DNA from: Candidatus Dojkabacteria bacterium | Lineage (GTDB): Bacteria; Patescibacteriota; Dojkabacteria; B142; WJKM01 | Length of the DNA stretch: 64,000 nucleotides | Direction of reading: 5' to 3' | Assembly: GCA_014729085.1 (NCBI GenBank) | Contig: WJKM01000009.1 | Location: forward strand, 126,590 to 190,589 | Part shown: one piece after another, positions 1-10,903 of the stretch | Position numbering within the stretch: the stretch's first letter is position 1 | Layout of the letters: each line of letters begins with the position of its first letter | Position numbers and translations under genes: made by a program | Notes under the pieces: generated by a model | The model's database searches: none | Told to the model about the DNA's origin: nothing | The model's input: the letters and a program-made list of their open reading frames with translations, nothing else

Positions 1-1924
1 ATTTCCATATACCATTCCATTCTGAAATTTTTGAAACTTGCTGAATTCTATTTGTTATTAAGGTTCCACAATAATCTTTGGGTATTTTTGATAGTATTGA
101 TTTTGCTTCTTCAAATTCACTTTTTTGATAGAGTTTGAATCCTTTTTCATAGATTTCTTTAAGTTTTAGATTATTTTTATTATGCTTTAAGGGTTGATAA
201 ATCTTGACTGATTCTGTTTTACCTTTTACTATTACTTCATCAATTAGTCTAAATATAATAGACTGTTTTTTTATGTTTCTCACAACAGAAGCGGTTACTA
301 GAGTTTTAACTTTGTACATTTTAGTCAGCCCTTCAAGTCTAGAACCTAAATTTACATTATCACCAAGAACTGTATAATCAAAACGTTCCTTGCTTCCTAT
401 ATTGCCTACAATAATATTACCTGTATTAATCCCTATCCCAATATTAATCTTGGGAAAATTAGGAAATTTTTTATTAAATTCAAATAATTCAGCTTCGATT
501 TCTAAAGCTGATTTGACTGCGTTGTATTCCTGGAAATTATCATTTACTGGAGCACCCCAGAAAGCCATGATAGCATCTCCGATATATTTATCTATAGTAC
601 CTTCATTATTAATAATAATTTTAGACATTTGGTCTAAGTATTTATTTAATAAATCAATTAATTCTTCTGGATTTAACTTCTCTGAAATCGAGGTAAAACT
701 TCTTATATCACTAAATAAAACAGTGATTTTTTTCCTTTCGCCCCCTAGGTTCAATCTTTCTGGATTCTCTAAAAGTGATTCTAAGAGTTTAGGATTAATG
801 TATTGATTAAAAGCTCGTTTTATAAATTTTTTTTCTTGTCTTTCTGTCACATACTTAAAAATAATCATGAAGATATAAGCAGAAAGAATCAAGACATTTG
901 TTCTAATGAAGTACCAGTTTATTCCAAAATTAAAAATTATTATACCCAGGATATTAAAAAAGAAAATAGTAGCAATCAAAATGATAAAATCTAATCTATT
1001 GCTTTTAATGCCTTTCCATATAGTCATAAGTATTAGATTAATTAATATCATGAAAATAAGAAAAGGAATTACGGGAAGATTATTTTGAAACTTGTTTTCC
1101 AAGAACGAATTAATTATTTGTGCGTGAATTTCTACACCAGGTATGCGATTGCCCGAAATTGATATGAAATTGTCTTGCAGATTCAGCTTCAAGTCTGTTG
1201 CTGTTGAACCAACAAGAATAATTTTATTTTTGAAGTCTTTAGGTTCAAACTCACCATTATATATGTTATGGAAACTATAATATTTAAAATCTTGATCTGA
1301 ATAATTAAATAAAAGTCTTTGAGGATATTCATTCTTTCCTATTAATACCTCAGAATCAGAACAGGTAATTTTTTTGTTTTGTCTAATAAAATGAGAGAAG
1401 ATTGTAGCTGCAAAACTTATGTTGCATTCATTGTCAAGCTCCTCCATTATTACCGTGTTTCTAATTTTTCCATCTGAATCAGGGTAGAAATGAATAAAAC
1501 CATTGTCGGTATTGATGTCATCAAATATACTTTCAAATATATGTCCTTCTATAAGTTTACTTGCAAGGACTATATCTGAATTGGATTGTGAAATAGCCTG
1601 CTTTAATTCTTCATCACCTTCGCGAGTTTCAAGAAACAGAATATCCAGTCCAATAACTTCAGGCGCTTCATGGTTTAAGTTAGTTAATAATTTTGCAAAC
1701 ACATCTCTATCCCAAGGCCAGGCACCAATCTGCTTGAGGCTGTCGTCATCTATCGCAATTATTACAATTTCTTCTCTTGCTTCAATTGCTCCATGCAATT
1801 GATCAATAAATAGGTAGTTAATTTGCGAAAAAAATGGGATTTGGAGTATTGAAGAAATTAATATAAATATAGACAAGTAATATAAATAGAATTTAATGTT
1901 TTTATATGAATTTGTAGGAATCAT
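1..1924 (-). CDS. CHASE2-domain membrane adenylate/guanylate cyclase (class III), 3' end just outside the window
   Basis: Not in the ORF track; translated by hand from ATG at 1924. It gives IVIIAIDDDSLKQIGAWPWDR and IPGVEIHAQI (CHASE2), TM helices, then LFSDIRSFT, IDKYIGDAIMAFWGAP, GIGINTG and YTVLGDNVNLGSRLEGL (cyclase), and EWNGIWK at the window edge. Confidence 0.92.
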   Translation of the reverse strand, partial: MIPTNSYKNIKFYLYYLSIFILISSILQIPFFSQINYLFIDQLHGAIEAREEIVIIAIDDDSLKQIGAWPWDRDVFAKLLTNLNHEAPEVIGLDILFLETREGDEELKQAISQSNSDIVLASKLIEGHIFESIFDDINTDNGFIHFYPDSDGKIRNTVIMEELDNECNISFAATIFSHFIRQNKKITCSDSEVLIGKNEYPQRLLFNYSDQDFKYYSFHNIYNGEFEPKDFKNKIILVGSTATDLKLNLQDNFISISGNRIPGVEIHAQIINSFLENKFQNNLPVIPFLIFMILINLILMTIWKGIKSNRLDFIILIATIFFFNILGIIIFNFGINWYFIRTNVLILSAYIFMIIFKYVTERQEKKFIKRAFNQYINPKLLESLLENPERLNLGGERKKITVLFSDIRSFTSISEKLNPEELIDLLNKYLDQMSKIIINNEGTIDKYIGDAIMAFWGAPVNDNFQEYNAVKSALEIEAELFEFNKKFPNFPKINIGIGINTGNIIVGNIGSKERFDYTVLGDNVNLGSRLEGLTKMYKVKTLVTASVVRNIKKQSIIFRLIDEVIVKGKTESVKIYQPLKHNKNNLKLKEIYEKGFKLYQKSEFEEAKSILSKIPKDYCGTLITNRIQQVSKISEWNGIWK

Positions 1925-1955
1925 CTAATAAAAAGCAAAATTAATTTTGTAAGCT

Positions 1956-2966
1956 TTATTGATTACATATTTCTTTTAGTTCAGTAAGTGTATTATAAGT
2001 TGTAAGATATCTTTGGGTTCGATATTCAGAAGGAATTTTGTCTAATTCATTGAGGATCTGCTCGAATTCTTCACTTTGGATATAGTCGCAAATATATTTA
2101 GAAGCATATTCATTTTCAGTTTGGAGTTTGGATAGTTCAAGGTATTGTTTTACAACTTCAAATTGTTCATCCGATAAATGATTTTTTAATATCATTGACC
2201 TTTCTCTTCGTTCTGTCAAAAGTTTTCGTATTTCATCATCTTCCCTAATCTTATCAATTAATATTCTCTGTTTGAATTTGTTAACATTTTGATCATACTT
2301 TTTATCAAATTCTTCATTAAGTTTATACCACATAATATTTCTTTTCTCTTTAGAGATAGGGTTTATTTCAAATTTCTTTTGACTTTGATAATCTTTTATT
2401 TGTGTATATTCTCCAGGTTTTATGATCTTTGGGTTTACTTGTTTCTTAATATTTTGTTTGATTATATATTGAGACACATAGACGTCATTTTCAAGAGCGA
2501 ATATTTCGGAAGTTCCCTTGGAATTTACATCGACAGCAAATTTTGTGCCTCGGACGGAAGCAAATGTAGTAGGAGTTTCGACTTCATATTCTTTTTTAGT
2601 TGTAATATCATTAATTCTGTGCCATGTACTTCCAATTAATTGTTTTATGTTAATTTTCTCAGATTCAAAATTGATTTGGAGTTCGGTGTATTCATCAATT
2701 GAAACTAATGAATTATCTGGGAAGATAATATAAGCAATCCCTTCTTTAGTTTTAACAAATGAGCTGCTGGGTAAAACGATTTCCTCTTCTTCTAATTTCG
2801 AATAAACTGCATCTTCGTCCAGTTTATAATAAACAAAATCCTCTTCTTTAATTAAGGTAAAATCTGCATTCTCTGAGAATTTTAGCTTAAAAAGGAGCAA
2901 TATAAATAGGATACAACAAATAAACAATATCAGAAATAAAATTATGAGGATGGTTTTTCGTTTCAT
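1956..2966 (-). CDS. FecR-domain membrane-anchored protein
   Basis: N-terminal TM; FPDNSLVSIDEYTEL and YEVETPTTFASVRGTKFAV FecR motifs; adjacent to the CHASE2 cyclase. Confidence 0.8.
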   Translation of the reverse strand: MKRKTILIILFLILFICCILFILLLFKLKFSENADFTLIKEEDFVYYKLDEDAVYSKLEEEEIVLPSSSFVKTKEGIAYIIFPDNSLVSIDEYTELQINFESEKINIKQLIGSTWHRINDITTKKEYEVETPTTFASVRGTKFAVDVNSKGTSEIFALENDVYVSQYIIKQNIKKQVNPKIIKPGEYTQIKDYQSQKKFEINPISKEKRNIMWYKLNEEFDKKYDQNVNKFKQRILIDKIREDDEIRKLLTERRERSMILKNHLSDEQFEVVKQYLELSKLQTENEYASKYICDYIQSEEFEQILNELDKIPSEYRTQRYLTTYNTLTELKEICNQ

Positions 2967-2979
2967 TTGAATTTTAAAT

Positions 2980-3588
2980 TTAGGGATTTTTTAGTTTCTG
3001 TTGTCTATCCCTTTTCTCGGCATTAATTAATTTTTTATCAGTTTTATTTCCATTGCTTTTTATATAGTGTTTCACAAGCGAATCTGAAGCATGGTATTGC
3101 AAAATATCAAATATTTTTTCTGCATCCTCTTTAGTTAGTCCTTCTAATTTAAGTATGGGAGTAGTTTTATCTGTTGAAAGAATGACAATATTGGAAATAC
3201 CAAGTATGCTCTCTATAAAACTGTGATCTTTTGTATAATCTTGTATTCTGTGCATTTCAACAGATTCTAATCTACGCTTGAATACACCATGTCTGAATTC
3301 GACCGAATGCTCAGTTATTTCAATTATAAAATTCTTTGTATATAAAAAAGTATAATAAGCTCTAAAAATTATTATTAACGCACTCAGTAAACCAATTATT
3401 AATGTAATTGCTTCATATTCTTTAAAAACAAAGACTAGAATTCCATCTACAATTAAAAGAAGTAGAGACATTATATATTTTACAAGATGCTTTTTTTGAG
3501 ATGGTCTGCATCTAATTAGTGGTTTCATGGTTGTTTGTTTATAGTTTATATTTCTTGGAGTAGATTTTTTTCGTCTCCTAGTCTCCAA
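2980..3588 (-). CDS. Bacterial PH-domain (bPH_2/YdbS-like) membrane protein; likely start 3528
   Basis: Two TMs followed by HGVFKRRLESVEMHRIQD...SFIESILGISNIVILSTD. Confidence 0.75.
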   Translation of the reverse strand: METRRRKKSTPRNINYKQTTMKPLIRCRPSQKKHLVKYIMSLLLLIVDGILVFVFKEYEAITLIIGLLSALIIIFRAYYTFLYTKNFIIEITEHSVEFRHGVFKRRLESVEMHRIQDYTKDHSFIESILGISNIVILSTDKTTPILKLEGLTKEDAEKIFDILQYHASDSLVKHYIKSNGNKTDKKLINAEKRDRQQKLKNP

Positions 3589-4811
3589 AATGCTACACCT
3601 TTTAGTTTATATTGTTTAGCAATGTTGATTCTTTGTTTTATGCCATTTTGATCTATATAAACTAGTATCCTAGTTTCTGTACTATCAGTGTCTTCATTTT
3701 GGGTTGTATATGTAAAAAATTTTTCTCCTTGATAAGATTCGGTTTTCCCCTTATATTCATCTAGAATATTTAAAACTTCTGCATATGTATAGGATTTAGT
3801 AATTGAGTCTTCTATTCCTTCGTTTAAATCAGCATCAAAAATAATTTCTTGAGATTTTCTATTATCCTTTTTATAAGACCATTCATAGGAATATAAGTGT
3901 ATCCCAAGGATAATTTTTTCTTTTGGGATTTTCCCAAGTCCATATTCTACAATTTGCTCTACCCATTCTAGGGGAGCGATTGGTCCGGGATACTTTGCAT
4001 TTGTATATGTATAGTCGTAGGCCATAATTCTTATATAGTCAGCGTAATCTTTAATCATATTCCAGTCTTGGACTTGTCGAGTTTCTGGCAAATAGGAATA
4101 CGATATATTATCCCCCCATTTAGGTACTACACTTACGGATAAAATCTTGTCTTGTGCGTGCAGTGCAAAAGATAATAGTTCCAAAAACTCAAAGTACTTA
4201 TCTTTGTCATCAAGTTGAGTTGATTCATAATCCAAATCTATTCCATGATAATTTTGTTCCACAACTTCATCTACAATATTTTTGATATGAATCTCCAATT
4301 TTCTTTCGTCATTTAATACTTCGGAGAATAGTTCATGATCGAACATAATAATAGAAGGTATAAGTTCAATATTGTTTTCGTTGACTAAATCAAATAACAA
4401 TTTTTGATTTTTTTCTTCATAAGTTGATTGTATAGTTCCATCTTCATTAACTTTATACCAAACAGGAGAAACTTGATTTATAAGTTGTGAGTTTAGTTGC
4501 AGGCTTTCATAACCACTTTCAGATGCCCAATCAGGTATCCACCCAACATATGTTAATTCGTGATTCAGATCTATATTTTTATCTACAACGTCCTCAGGTT
4601 CGTTTGAAGGAGTTTCATTTACTATGTTTTGTTCATCAGTTTCAGGTTTGCTTGTTATTGTATTAACATTACTATTTTCGAGATAAGACATAAAAATTGT
4701 ATAAACTAGGAAAATCAATATAAATATTAAACAGGCTTTCCAAATTGGTCTAAGTTTATATTTATTTAGGAATTTTTTCATCGTGTAATTATTTATTAAG
4801 TTTTTCTTCAA
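3546..4811 (-). CDS. Glycoside hydrolase family 18 (chitinase/peptidoglycan hydrolase-like), membrane-anchored
   Basis: Catalytic HGIDLDYE (DxDxE), IMAYDY, PGPIAP, GVAFWRLG; N-terminal TM. Confidence 0.88.
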   Translation of the reverse strand: MKKNLINNYTMKKFLNKYKLRPIWKACLIFILIFLVYTIFMSYLENSNVNTITSKPETDEQNIVNETPSNEPEDVVDKNIDLNHELTYVGWIPDWASESGYESLQLNSQLINQVSPVWYKVNEDGTIQSTYEEKNQKLLFDLVNENNIELIPSIIMFDHELFSEVLNDERKLEIHIKNIVDEVVEQNYHGIDLDYESTQLDDKDKYFEFLELLSFALHAQDKILSVSVVPKWGDNISYSYLPETRQVQDWNMIKDYADYIRIMAYDYTYTNAKYPGPIAPLEWVEQIVEYGLGKIPKEKIILGIHLYSYEWSYKKDNRKSQEIIFDADLNEGIEDSITKSYTYAEVLNILDEYKGKTESYQGEKFFTYTTQNEDTDSTETRILVYIDQNGIKQRINIAKQYKLKGVAFWRLGDEKNLLQEI

Positions 4812-5574
4812 ATGTTATACCTATGGGGCAATGATCTGAACCAGGAACTTCATCTAAAATAAAGGCTTCTTTTATTTTGTTTTTAAGTCTTTTGGAAGCA
4901 CAAATATAGTCAATTCTCCAGCCTACATTCCTTTCTCTGGCATTTGTATAATAACTCCACCATGTATAGTTTCCCCCTTCCTGATTAAATATCCTGAATG
5001 TATCAATAAATCCAGAATTTAAAATATTCGAAAATCCCTGTTTTTCCTCTTGAGTGAATCCATGATTACCTTCATTTTGTTTCGGGTTAGCCAGATCAAT
5101 TTCTTTGTGAGCAACATTTAAATCACCACAGAAAATAACGGGTTTTTTCTTATCTAATCTTTTGATAAAATCTAGAAACTTATCATCCCACTTTTGTCTA
5201 TAGTCAAGTCTAGTTAGGCCTCTTTGGGAATTAGGAGTATATATGTTAACTATATAAAATTTTTCATACTCGAAAGTAAGTACACGGCCTTCTTGATCAT
5301 ATTCTTTTATTCCCATACCTTTGAGTACCTTCATGGGTTTATGTTTTGAAAGTGTCATTGTCCCTGAGTATCCCTTTTTATTTTTAGCTGGATATAATTC
5401 TGTATAATACCCATCGATTGTTTTTAATTCATCAGGAATTTGTTGCTTTACTAATCTAGTTTCTTGTAAACATAATATATCTGGGTCTGTGTCATTAAAC
5501 CAGGATAAAAAGTTTTTTTTGTAAATTGCTCTTAAACCATTTACATTCCATGAGTAAATCGAAATTGAGTCCAT
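4789..5574 (-). CDS. xth: Exodeoxyribonuclease III / AP endonuclease
   Basis: SWNVNGLRA, LCLQET, GYSG, CGDLNVAH, GWRIDY, GSDHCP. Confidence 0.96.
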   Translation of the reverse strand: MDSISIYSWNVNGLRAIYKKNFLSWFNDTDPDILCLQETRLVKQQIPDELKTIDGYYTELYPAKNKKGYSGTMTLSKHKPMKVLKGMGIKEYDQEGRVLTFEYEKFYIVNIYTPNSQRGLTRLDYRQKWDDKFLDFIKRLDKKKPVIFCGDLNVAHKEIDLANPKQNEGNHGFTQEEKQGFSNILNSGFIDTFRIFNQEGGNYTWWSYYTNARERNVGWRIDYICASKRLKNKIKEAFILDEVPGSDHCPIGITFEEKLNK

Positions 5575-5690
5575 AATAAGAGTTAATATATATTCTATCT
5601 TAATTTTAACAGAAGAATGTTAAATATTGTATTAAAACAATATTTTGGGATTATATTTTAATTAGTAGAAATTGTTTATTTTCTATATAA

Positions 5691-6464
5691 TTGAATATCT
5701 TTTTAGAAATAATAATGATTGTAAAAAATTCAACTCAATTGTCAAAAATTAAAACCAGTGCAAAAATTAACCGGGAGTGTTTGTTTTTTCTTAAGGAATT
5801 AACAGAACCTGGAATATCATCTTACGAAGTAAATATAAAAGCAGAGGAGTTTTATTCAAAACACAGAGTGAAACCTGCTTTTAAGGGATATATGGGGTAT
5901 CCTGCTACGATAAATTTTATGATAAACGATGGGGTAGTTCATTGTATACCTAAAAAAGACATAACTGTAAAAGAAGGCGATTTAGTTTCGATAGACACAG
6001 GATGTATATATAAGGGATTTTATTCTGATCAAGCAATTAGTTTTGGTGTTGGGAAAATTAAACCTGAAGATGAGAAATTATTAAATATTGCTGAGATGTC
6101 TATCGAAGCAGGTTGCAACCAATGTATTGCGGGTAATACAGTTGGGGATATTGGTAATGCACAGCAGACTGTGATAGAAATGGCAGGGTTTAATGTTGTG
6201 AGGCAATTTGTTGGTCATGAAATTGGGAAGAAATTACATGATCCCATGAAAATTCCACCTTTTGGTAAACCAGGACAAGGACCAAGGTTGAAAGAAAATT
6301 TACTCCTTGCTATTGAAAATCAGGTATGTGTCGGTAGTAATCGAGTGTATACGGACAAAGAAGATAACTGGTCTACATATACAAAGGATGGCAAAGATTG
6401 CGTTACTTTTGAACATATGGTTATTGTAAAAAATAATGATCCTTACATTATAACCAAGGGGTGA
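5691..6464 (+). CDS. map: Type I methionine aminopeptidase (probable start 5715)
   Basis: VVHCIP, GDLVSIDTG, YSDQA, GHEIG..LHD, FEHMV. Confidence 0.92.
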   Translation: MNIFLEIIMIVKNSTQLSKIKTSAKINRECLFFLKELTEPGISSYEVNIKAEEFYSKHRVKPAFKGYMGYPATINFMINDGVVHCIPKKDITVKEGDLVSIDTGCIYKGFYSDQAISFGVGKIKPEDEKLLNIAEMSIEAGCNQCIAGNTVGDIGNAQQTVIEMAGFNVVRQFVGHEIGKKLHDPMKIPPFGKPGQGPRLKENLLLAIENQVCVGSNRVYTDKEDNWSTYTKDGKDCVTFEHMVIVKNNDPYIITKG

Positions 6465-6474
6465 TATGTAGTTT

Positions 6475-7476
6475 CTATTGGTTGCTCAACTGCCCGCAAG
6501 CGGCATTTACATCTTCTCCCATTGTTACACGAATGGTATATGTAATACCTTTGTCTTCCAATATTTTTGCAAAATTATATATTGTATTTTTAGCGGGAGT
6601 GGAAAAAGTGTCTTCTTTTATTGGATTGTAGGGTATGAGGTTAACATGTGCCAATCTATTATGAAGTAATTCAGCTAATTGCTTTGCATTTTGTTCTGAG
6701 TCATTAATATTTCTAATTAAAACATATTCATAAGAAACCCTTTTATTTGTTTTGTGTGTGTAATTACTTAAGACTCTCATTAAATCTTTGAGCTTATATT
6801 GATTTGCAATTGGGATTAGTACCTCTCTCAAGGTTTGAGTTGGTGCATGCAGACTAATTGCTAATCTCCCTTTGAAATCAGACTTGATTAATTTTCTTAT
6901 ACCTGGAATTATTCCGACAGTTGAAATAGTAATTCGTCTTGTACTCATAGCGAGCTTATCAGGATCTGTAATGACGGCTATAGATTTTTGTACTTCGTTT
7001 AAATTTAATAGGGGTTCCCCCATTCCCATAAATACAATATTTGTAATTTTCTGGTTTTGTGTGTTTAAGTGCCTTTGGAAATAAAGGATTTGATCAATAA
7101 TTTCCTTTGCACTAAGTTTGGCTTTAAAACCCATTTGACCAGTTGCACAAAATTTACAACCAACGGGACAGCCTACCATACAACTAACACAAACAGTATT
7201 GCGATCATCATCATGAAGCATAAGTACGCTTTCAAATTTGTGATTGTCAGATTTTCTTCTAAACAGTACCTTTTGAGTAGCTCTATCTTTCGACATTATT
7301 TTCTTGTCAGCTTTGATAGTTGAAAATTCAATTTTTTCTTTTAGTTTTTTTCTCAAATCCTTTGGCCAGGTAAAAAGTTCATCGAAAGAGTTGATCAATT
7401 CCTTATAATACAAGTTATTAAATTGTTTAATTCTAAATTTTGGTATATTATTTTTATCTGCAAATTCTTCAATCAT
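6475..7476 (-). CDS. rlmN: 23S rRNA (A2503-C2) radical-SAM methyltransferase
   Basis: CPVGCKFC, FMGMGEPLLN, LAISLHA, VNLIPYN, AACGQL. Confidence 0.95.
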   Translation of the reverse strand: MIEEFADKNNIPKFRIKQFNNLYYKELINSFDELFTWPKDLRKKLKEKIEFSTIKADKKIMSKDRATQKVLFRRKSDNHKFESVLMLHDDDRNTVCVSCMVGCPVGCKFCATGQMGFKAKLSAKEIIDQILYFQRHLNTQNQKITNIVFMGMGEPLLNLNEVQKSIAVITDPDKLAMSTRRITISTVGIIPGIRKLIKSDFKGRLAISLHAPTQTLREVLIPIANQYKLKDLMRVLSNYTHKTNKRVSYEYVLIRNINDSEQNAKQLAELLHNRLAHVNLIPYNPIKEDTFSTPAKNTIYNFAKILEDKGITYTIRVTMGEDVNAACGQLSNQ

Positions 7477-7621
7477 TATAAGAATATGACAAAGGTATTT
7501 TAAGTAAGTCTAGTTTTCATTCAACAGGTATTTTAACATTTTGTACAAAAGTCTATTTTATTTAGTTTATAAATATGATACTTTATAATATAACCATTAG
7601 TTAACCTATTAAGTTAAACCT

Positions 7622-8257
7622 ATGAAGAAAAACAAATTTCTCAAATTGTTTATTGTAATGTTTCTAGGAATTTCTTTAACTGCATGTCTGCCTCAACAAG
7701 AGACTGATGATTCAGACTCTTCAGATACAGTTACTCCAACTGAGGATACTAGCTTTAGAGCAACTCCTACAGAAGAAGCAGAAGAAGATGATGATGATGA
7801 GATTAACACATATACTTTCGATAAAGAAAGTGAGGAATATACAGAGGAAGAAGAAAAAGAAGAGGAAGAGGAAGAGGAAATGGAAATGGAAGAGGAGGAT
7901 ATATATGAATCTGATGGAAGTAAAAAAGATCCAAATTATGATTTAAGGGAGGATCAGGCTAATGTTGAAAGTATTAGCTTAGTGTTAAGTGGAACTGAAT
8001 TAAACATAACTGCTGAGGGAAATCATCCTGATTATTGTAAAGGTATTGATAAATATAATTGGCATCGTGACGGAGATAATTTCATCGTAGATTTGACTAT
8101 TAAAGACTTAAGTGTAGAAAATTGCGCACAAGCAGAAAAACCTTTTTCACAGGAAATCAACATCGAGCTGGGATCAATGAATATGGAGGAGGGAATATAT
8201 ACTGTTGAAGTTAATGGGGTAAGTGATACTTTTCAATTATCAGATGCTATTAACTAA
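7622..8257 (+). CDS. Lipoprotein with acidic low-complexity linker
   Basis: Lipobox LTAC; poly-E/D tract at ~7770-7900; C-terminal beta domain with two Cys. Confidence 0.7.
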   Translation: MKKNKFLKLFIVMFLGISLTACLPQQETDDSDSSDTVTPTEDTSFRATPTEEAEEDDDDEINTYTFDKESEEYTEEEEKEEEEEEEMEMEEEDIYESDGSKKDPNYDLREDQANVESISLVLSGTELNITAEGNHPDYCKGIDKYNWHRDGDNFIVDLTIKDLSVENCAQAEKPFSQEINIELGSMNMEEGIYTVEVNGVSDTFQLSDAIN

Positions 8258-8264
8258 ATAAGGA

Positions 8265-9269
8265 CTAGATAACAATTTCCGCAATAAGTGCTCTGTGATC
8301 AGAACCCGGAAAATCCATAATTTCAAAGTTTGATGTCTCGATATTTTTCGAGACAAAAAAATGATCTATGTGTGTCCTTAGGTATTCTTTTTCTCTATGA
8401 TTCCATGTATATCCAAATCCAGAAATTCTTGAAATATTATTAAACTGAACTCCAATTTCTTTACAAAATTTTTGATAATAATAGGACCACGGACTAAGGT
8501 TAAAATCTCCCATTATAATTATATTCTCGGTCTCTTCGTTCCGAATTTCATTAGCAATGATTTTCAATTGTTCATTTCTTTTATGAAAATAATCTTTATT
8601 TATTGGAGCAGTTGTATGAATTAAATATAATTTAAAGTTTTTGTTATTTATATTAACTAAAATATCACTAAAGCCGGAATAATAACCGTTAATGATATTC
8701 TCTTCTGAAGTAAGTATTTTATGTTTGGAAAAGATAATATTTCCAGCAAATGCCCCTCCATCCAAATAATTGTTTATATTCGAATAAGGATAATTCAGAT
8801 CTAGGTAATCTTTTAGTCTTTCATATTGAATATCGGTAAATTCGATTAAGATAAGTATATCTGCATCTTGGTTAGTTAAAAAATTTTTAACATCATTATA
8901 GTTTTTATTTTCCCACCAAAGATTAATACTTAAGATTTTAGTAACATTTTTTTGGTTAAGATTTTCATTATTATTATGAAAAGGTAGATAAAATTGAATA
9001 ATCTTAAATGGAAAAGTTAGGAATATAAGTAGATTTAATATCAAAAGTAGTTTAATTATTTTTATTTTAAATTTCCAAAAGTAAATAAGAACAAATACAA
9101 AGATGTAAAGTATATAAATAATTGTAATTTCGGGTAGAAAACTGGTTGCAATATCGATCCAATAAAGATGATTCAGGAATTGTAATGCCAGGAACGTACA
9201 TAAAGGAAGTATGAGTAAAAGTATGATAATTTTATTTATTATTTTCTTGTATTTTTTTAATTTATTCAT
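8265..9269 (-). CDS. Endonuclease/exonuclease/phosphatase (EEP) family membrane protein
   Basis: Three TMs, then ILSINL, DILILIE, IMGDFN, IDHFF, GSDHRA. Confidence 0.85.
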   Translation of the reverse strand: MNKLKKYKKIINKIIILLLILPLCTFLALQFLNHLYWIDIATSFLPEITIIYILYIFVFVLIYFWKFKIKIIKLLLILNLLIFLTFPFKIIQFYLPFHNNNENLNQKNVTKILSINLWWENKNYNDVKNFLTNQDADILILIEFTDIQYERLKDYLDLNYPYSNINNYLDGGAFAGNIIFSKHKILTSEENIINGYYSGFSDILVNINNKNFKLYLIHTTAPINKDYFHKRNEQLKIIANEIRNEETENIIIMGDFNLSPWSYYYQKFCKEIGVQFNNISRISGFGYTWNHREKEYLRTHIDHFFVSKNIETSNFEIMDFPGSDHRALIAEIVI

Positions 9270-9323
9270 TATTCCAAAGTTAGAGAATCTATATTTAATA
9301 ACCTAAGATTTGACTAAGCTGTT

Positions 9324-10751
9324 CTATCTCAGAACGCGGAATCCCAACACAACTGGGATCCTTTTGTTTTCTCCCCAATTTAGGAAGCTATAATTTTGAG
9401 AGTAAAAAGCTGTTGAAGAACCTCCATCTAAATTAATAACATCAATAGTCTTGTTTCTTAGAAGAGATAAATGGAGTAAAATATTTGCAATTTGGGAAAG
9501 GGAGACTTCTTCTTTAACTACAATAAAAAACTTTTCATTTTGATCACTCACACCCATTAAGGTTCTTTGATGATAAGTCATACCATTCTTGGAATTTTCT
9601 ATTAAGGCAGATTGAATATTATTCTTTGAAATTACTAAGGGCCCAGTTTGAAATTCTAAAAGATTATAATTCGATTCGATAGGATAGTATTCATCTTTAT
9701 CAATAAACACAACATTATAGTTTGTTTTGTCATATCTTACTATATGAGTTAATTGTTCTGGGACTCCTTGATCATAATATTTTATTGGAGTAATAGGGAT
9801 ACCATAATAGTTAAGCAGTCCTGCATGTTCTGCATCAAGATTAGTTCCGCCAAAGTAAGAACCATTAACTATATATTGATATCCAAGATTTTGAGCTAGG
9901 GTTTGAATTTGAGGTGCATTATTTGGAACATAATTAAAGTCAAATCCTTGTTTTGTAACTAATATTGAAATATTCAAATCATAGTAGTTATAAACTCTAA
10001 AATTTCCATCGGCAATCTTATAATCCGATTCGATACCAGATGATAGGTTGGAATAATCTGGATAATAAGTATTTGAATATATATCTGCATATTGTATTGT
10101 ATTAGTTATCATCTTGGCAGTTTCACCTCTTGTAGCTGAATCAGTTGGACGGAAGTTCTTATGAGAAGTCAGTGTAATTATTTGTTCGTACAAAGCTTCT
10201 TCTTTAGTAGCAGAGTACAATGCTTGAATGTATTCATAAAAAGGTGTTTCGGCATTCAAATCTATGAATTCCATTTCTGCTTTTGCATTAAACAAAGATT
10301 CATTCTTGAGTTTGGCTGAATTATGAATAAATTTAGTAAGTGCGGCTCTGCTGACTATTTGGTCAGGACGGTAGGTATTATCTGAAAAACCTGAAATTAT
10401 ATCGGCTTTTTTGAGTGCATGAATATACTGAAAAAAAGTATGATCGGTGTTAACATCTTGAAAATAATCTGTTTTCTCCATATCGCTTAGATTCAAATCA
10501 ACTTGAAATGCTATTGAGATTATTTTTGCCAATTCTCCCCTCGTTACAAAGTTATCTGGTCTAAAAGTTTGGTCACTGTACCCATTCACAATGCCCTGGA
10601 ATTCCAAGTTATTAACATAGTAACAAAGTATAGAGTTTTCAGGGATATCTTTAAATGAACTTTGACAGGAAAAAGTTGATGCTAGAGGATACCTAGTAAG
10701 GAATACAAGGCAAATTAACGTAAACAATAAAATAGTTAGTTTATTTTTCAA
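9324..10751 (-). CDS. Secreted SLH-repeat + phosphodiester glycosidase (NAGPA-like) protein
   Basis: Signal peptide; SLH repeats (GYSDQTFRPDNFVTRGE, GFSDNTYRPDQIVSRA, FRPTDSATRGE); NGSYF, QTGP, RTLMG, INLDGGSST. Confidence 0.85.
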   Translation of the reverse strand: MKNKLTILLFTLICLVFLTRYPLASTFSCQSSFKDIPENSILCYYVNNLEFQGIVNGYSDQTFRPDNFVTRGELAKIISIAFQVDLNLSDMEKTDYFQDVNTDHTFFQYIHALKKADIISGFSDNTYRPDQIVSRAALTKFIHNSAKLKNESLFNAKAEMEFIDLNAETPFYEYIQALYSATKEEALYEQIITLTSHKNFRPTDSATRGETAKMITNTIQYADIYSNTYYPDYSNLSSGIESDYKIADGNFRVYNYYDLNISILVTKQGFDFNYVPNNAPQIQTLAQNLGYQYIVNGSYFGGTNLDAEHAGLLNYYGIPITPIKYYDQGVPEQLTHIVRYDKTNYNVVFIDKDEYYPIESNYNLLEFQTGPLVISKNNIQSALIENSKNGMTYHQRTLMGVSDQNEKFFIVVKEEVSLSQIANILLHLSLLRNKTIDVINLDGGSSTAFYSQNYSFLNWGENKRIPVVLGFRVLR

Positions 10752-10859
10752 TATTGATAGAAACTTAAGTTAATTTAATAAATTTTACATAATTCGAGTT
10801 TTATTTAGCAACTTATATAGTTTATAAATAATATTACTTTAATGGAAATTTATAATACT

Positions 10860-10868
10860 TGTTATAAT
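10860..10868 (+). promoter_or_regulatory. Extended -10 promoter of nrdR
   Basis: TGTTATAAT 35 nt upstream of the nrdR ATG. The same TGnTATAAT motif occurs at 24719, 32404 and 59072 in front of other genes. Confidence 0.55.
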
Positions 10869-10903
10869 CTTTACGAAATAATTAATTTTAAAAATGTTAG
10901 ATT

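Noticed and set aside
390-1802. Plus-strand track ORFs 390..806, 803..994, 906..1088 and 1503..1802
   Set aside because: They are antisense shadows of the minus-strand CHASE2 cyclase, which the track missed because its stop lies outside the window.
7770-7900. GAA/GAG-rich tract as a DNA repeat or phase-variation locus
   Set aside because: It is imperfect and encodes an acidic linker in a lipoprotein; the alternative-frame ORF 7707..7946 is a by-product.
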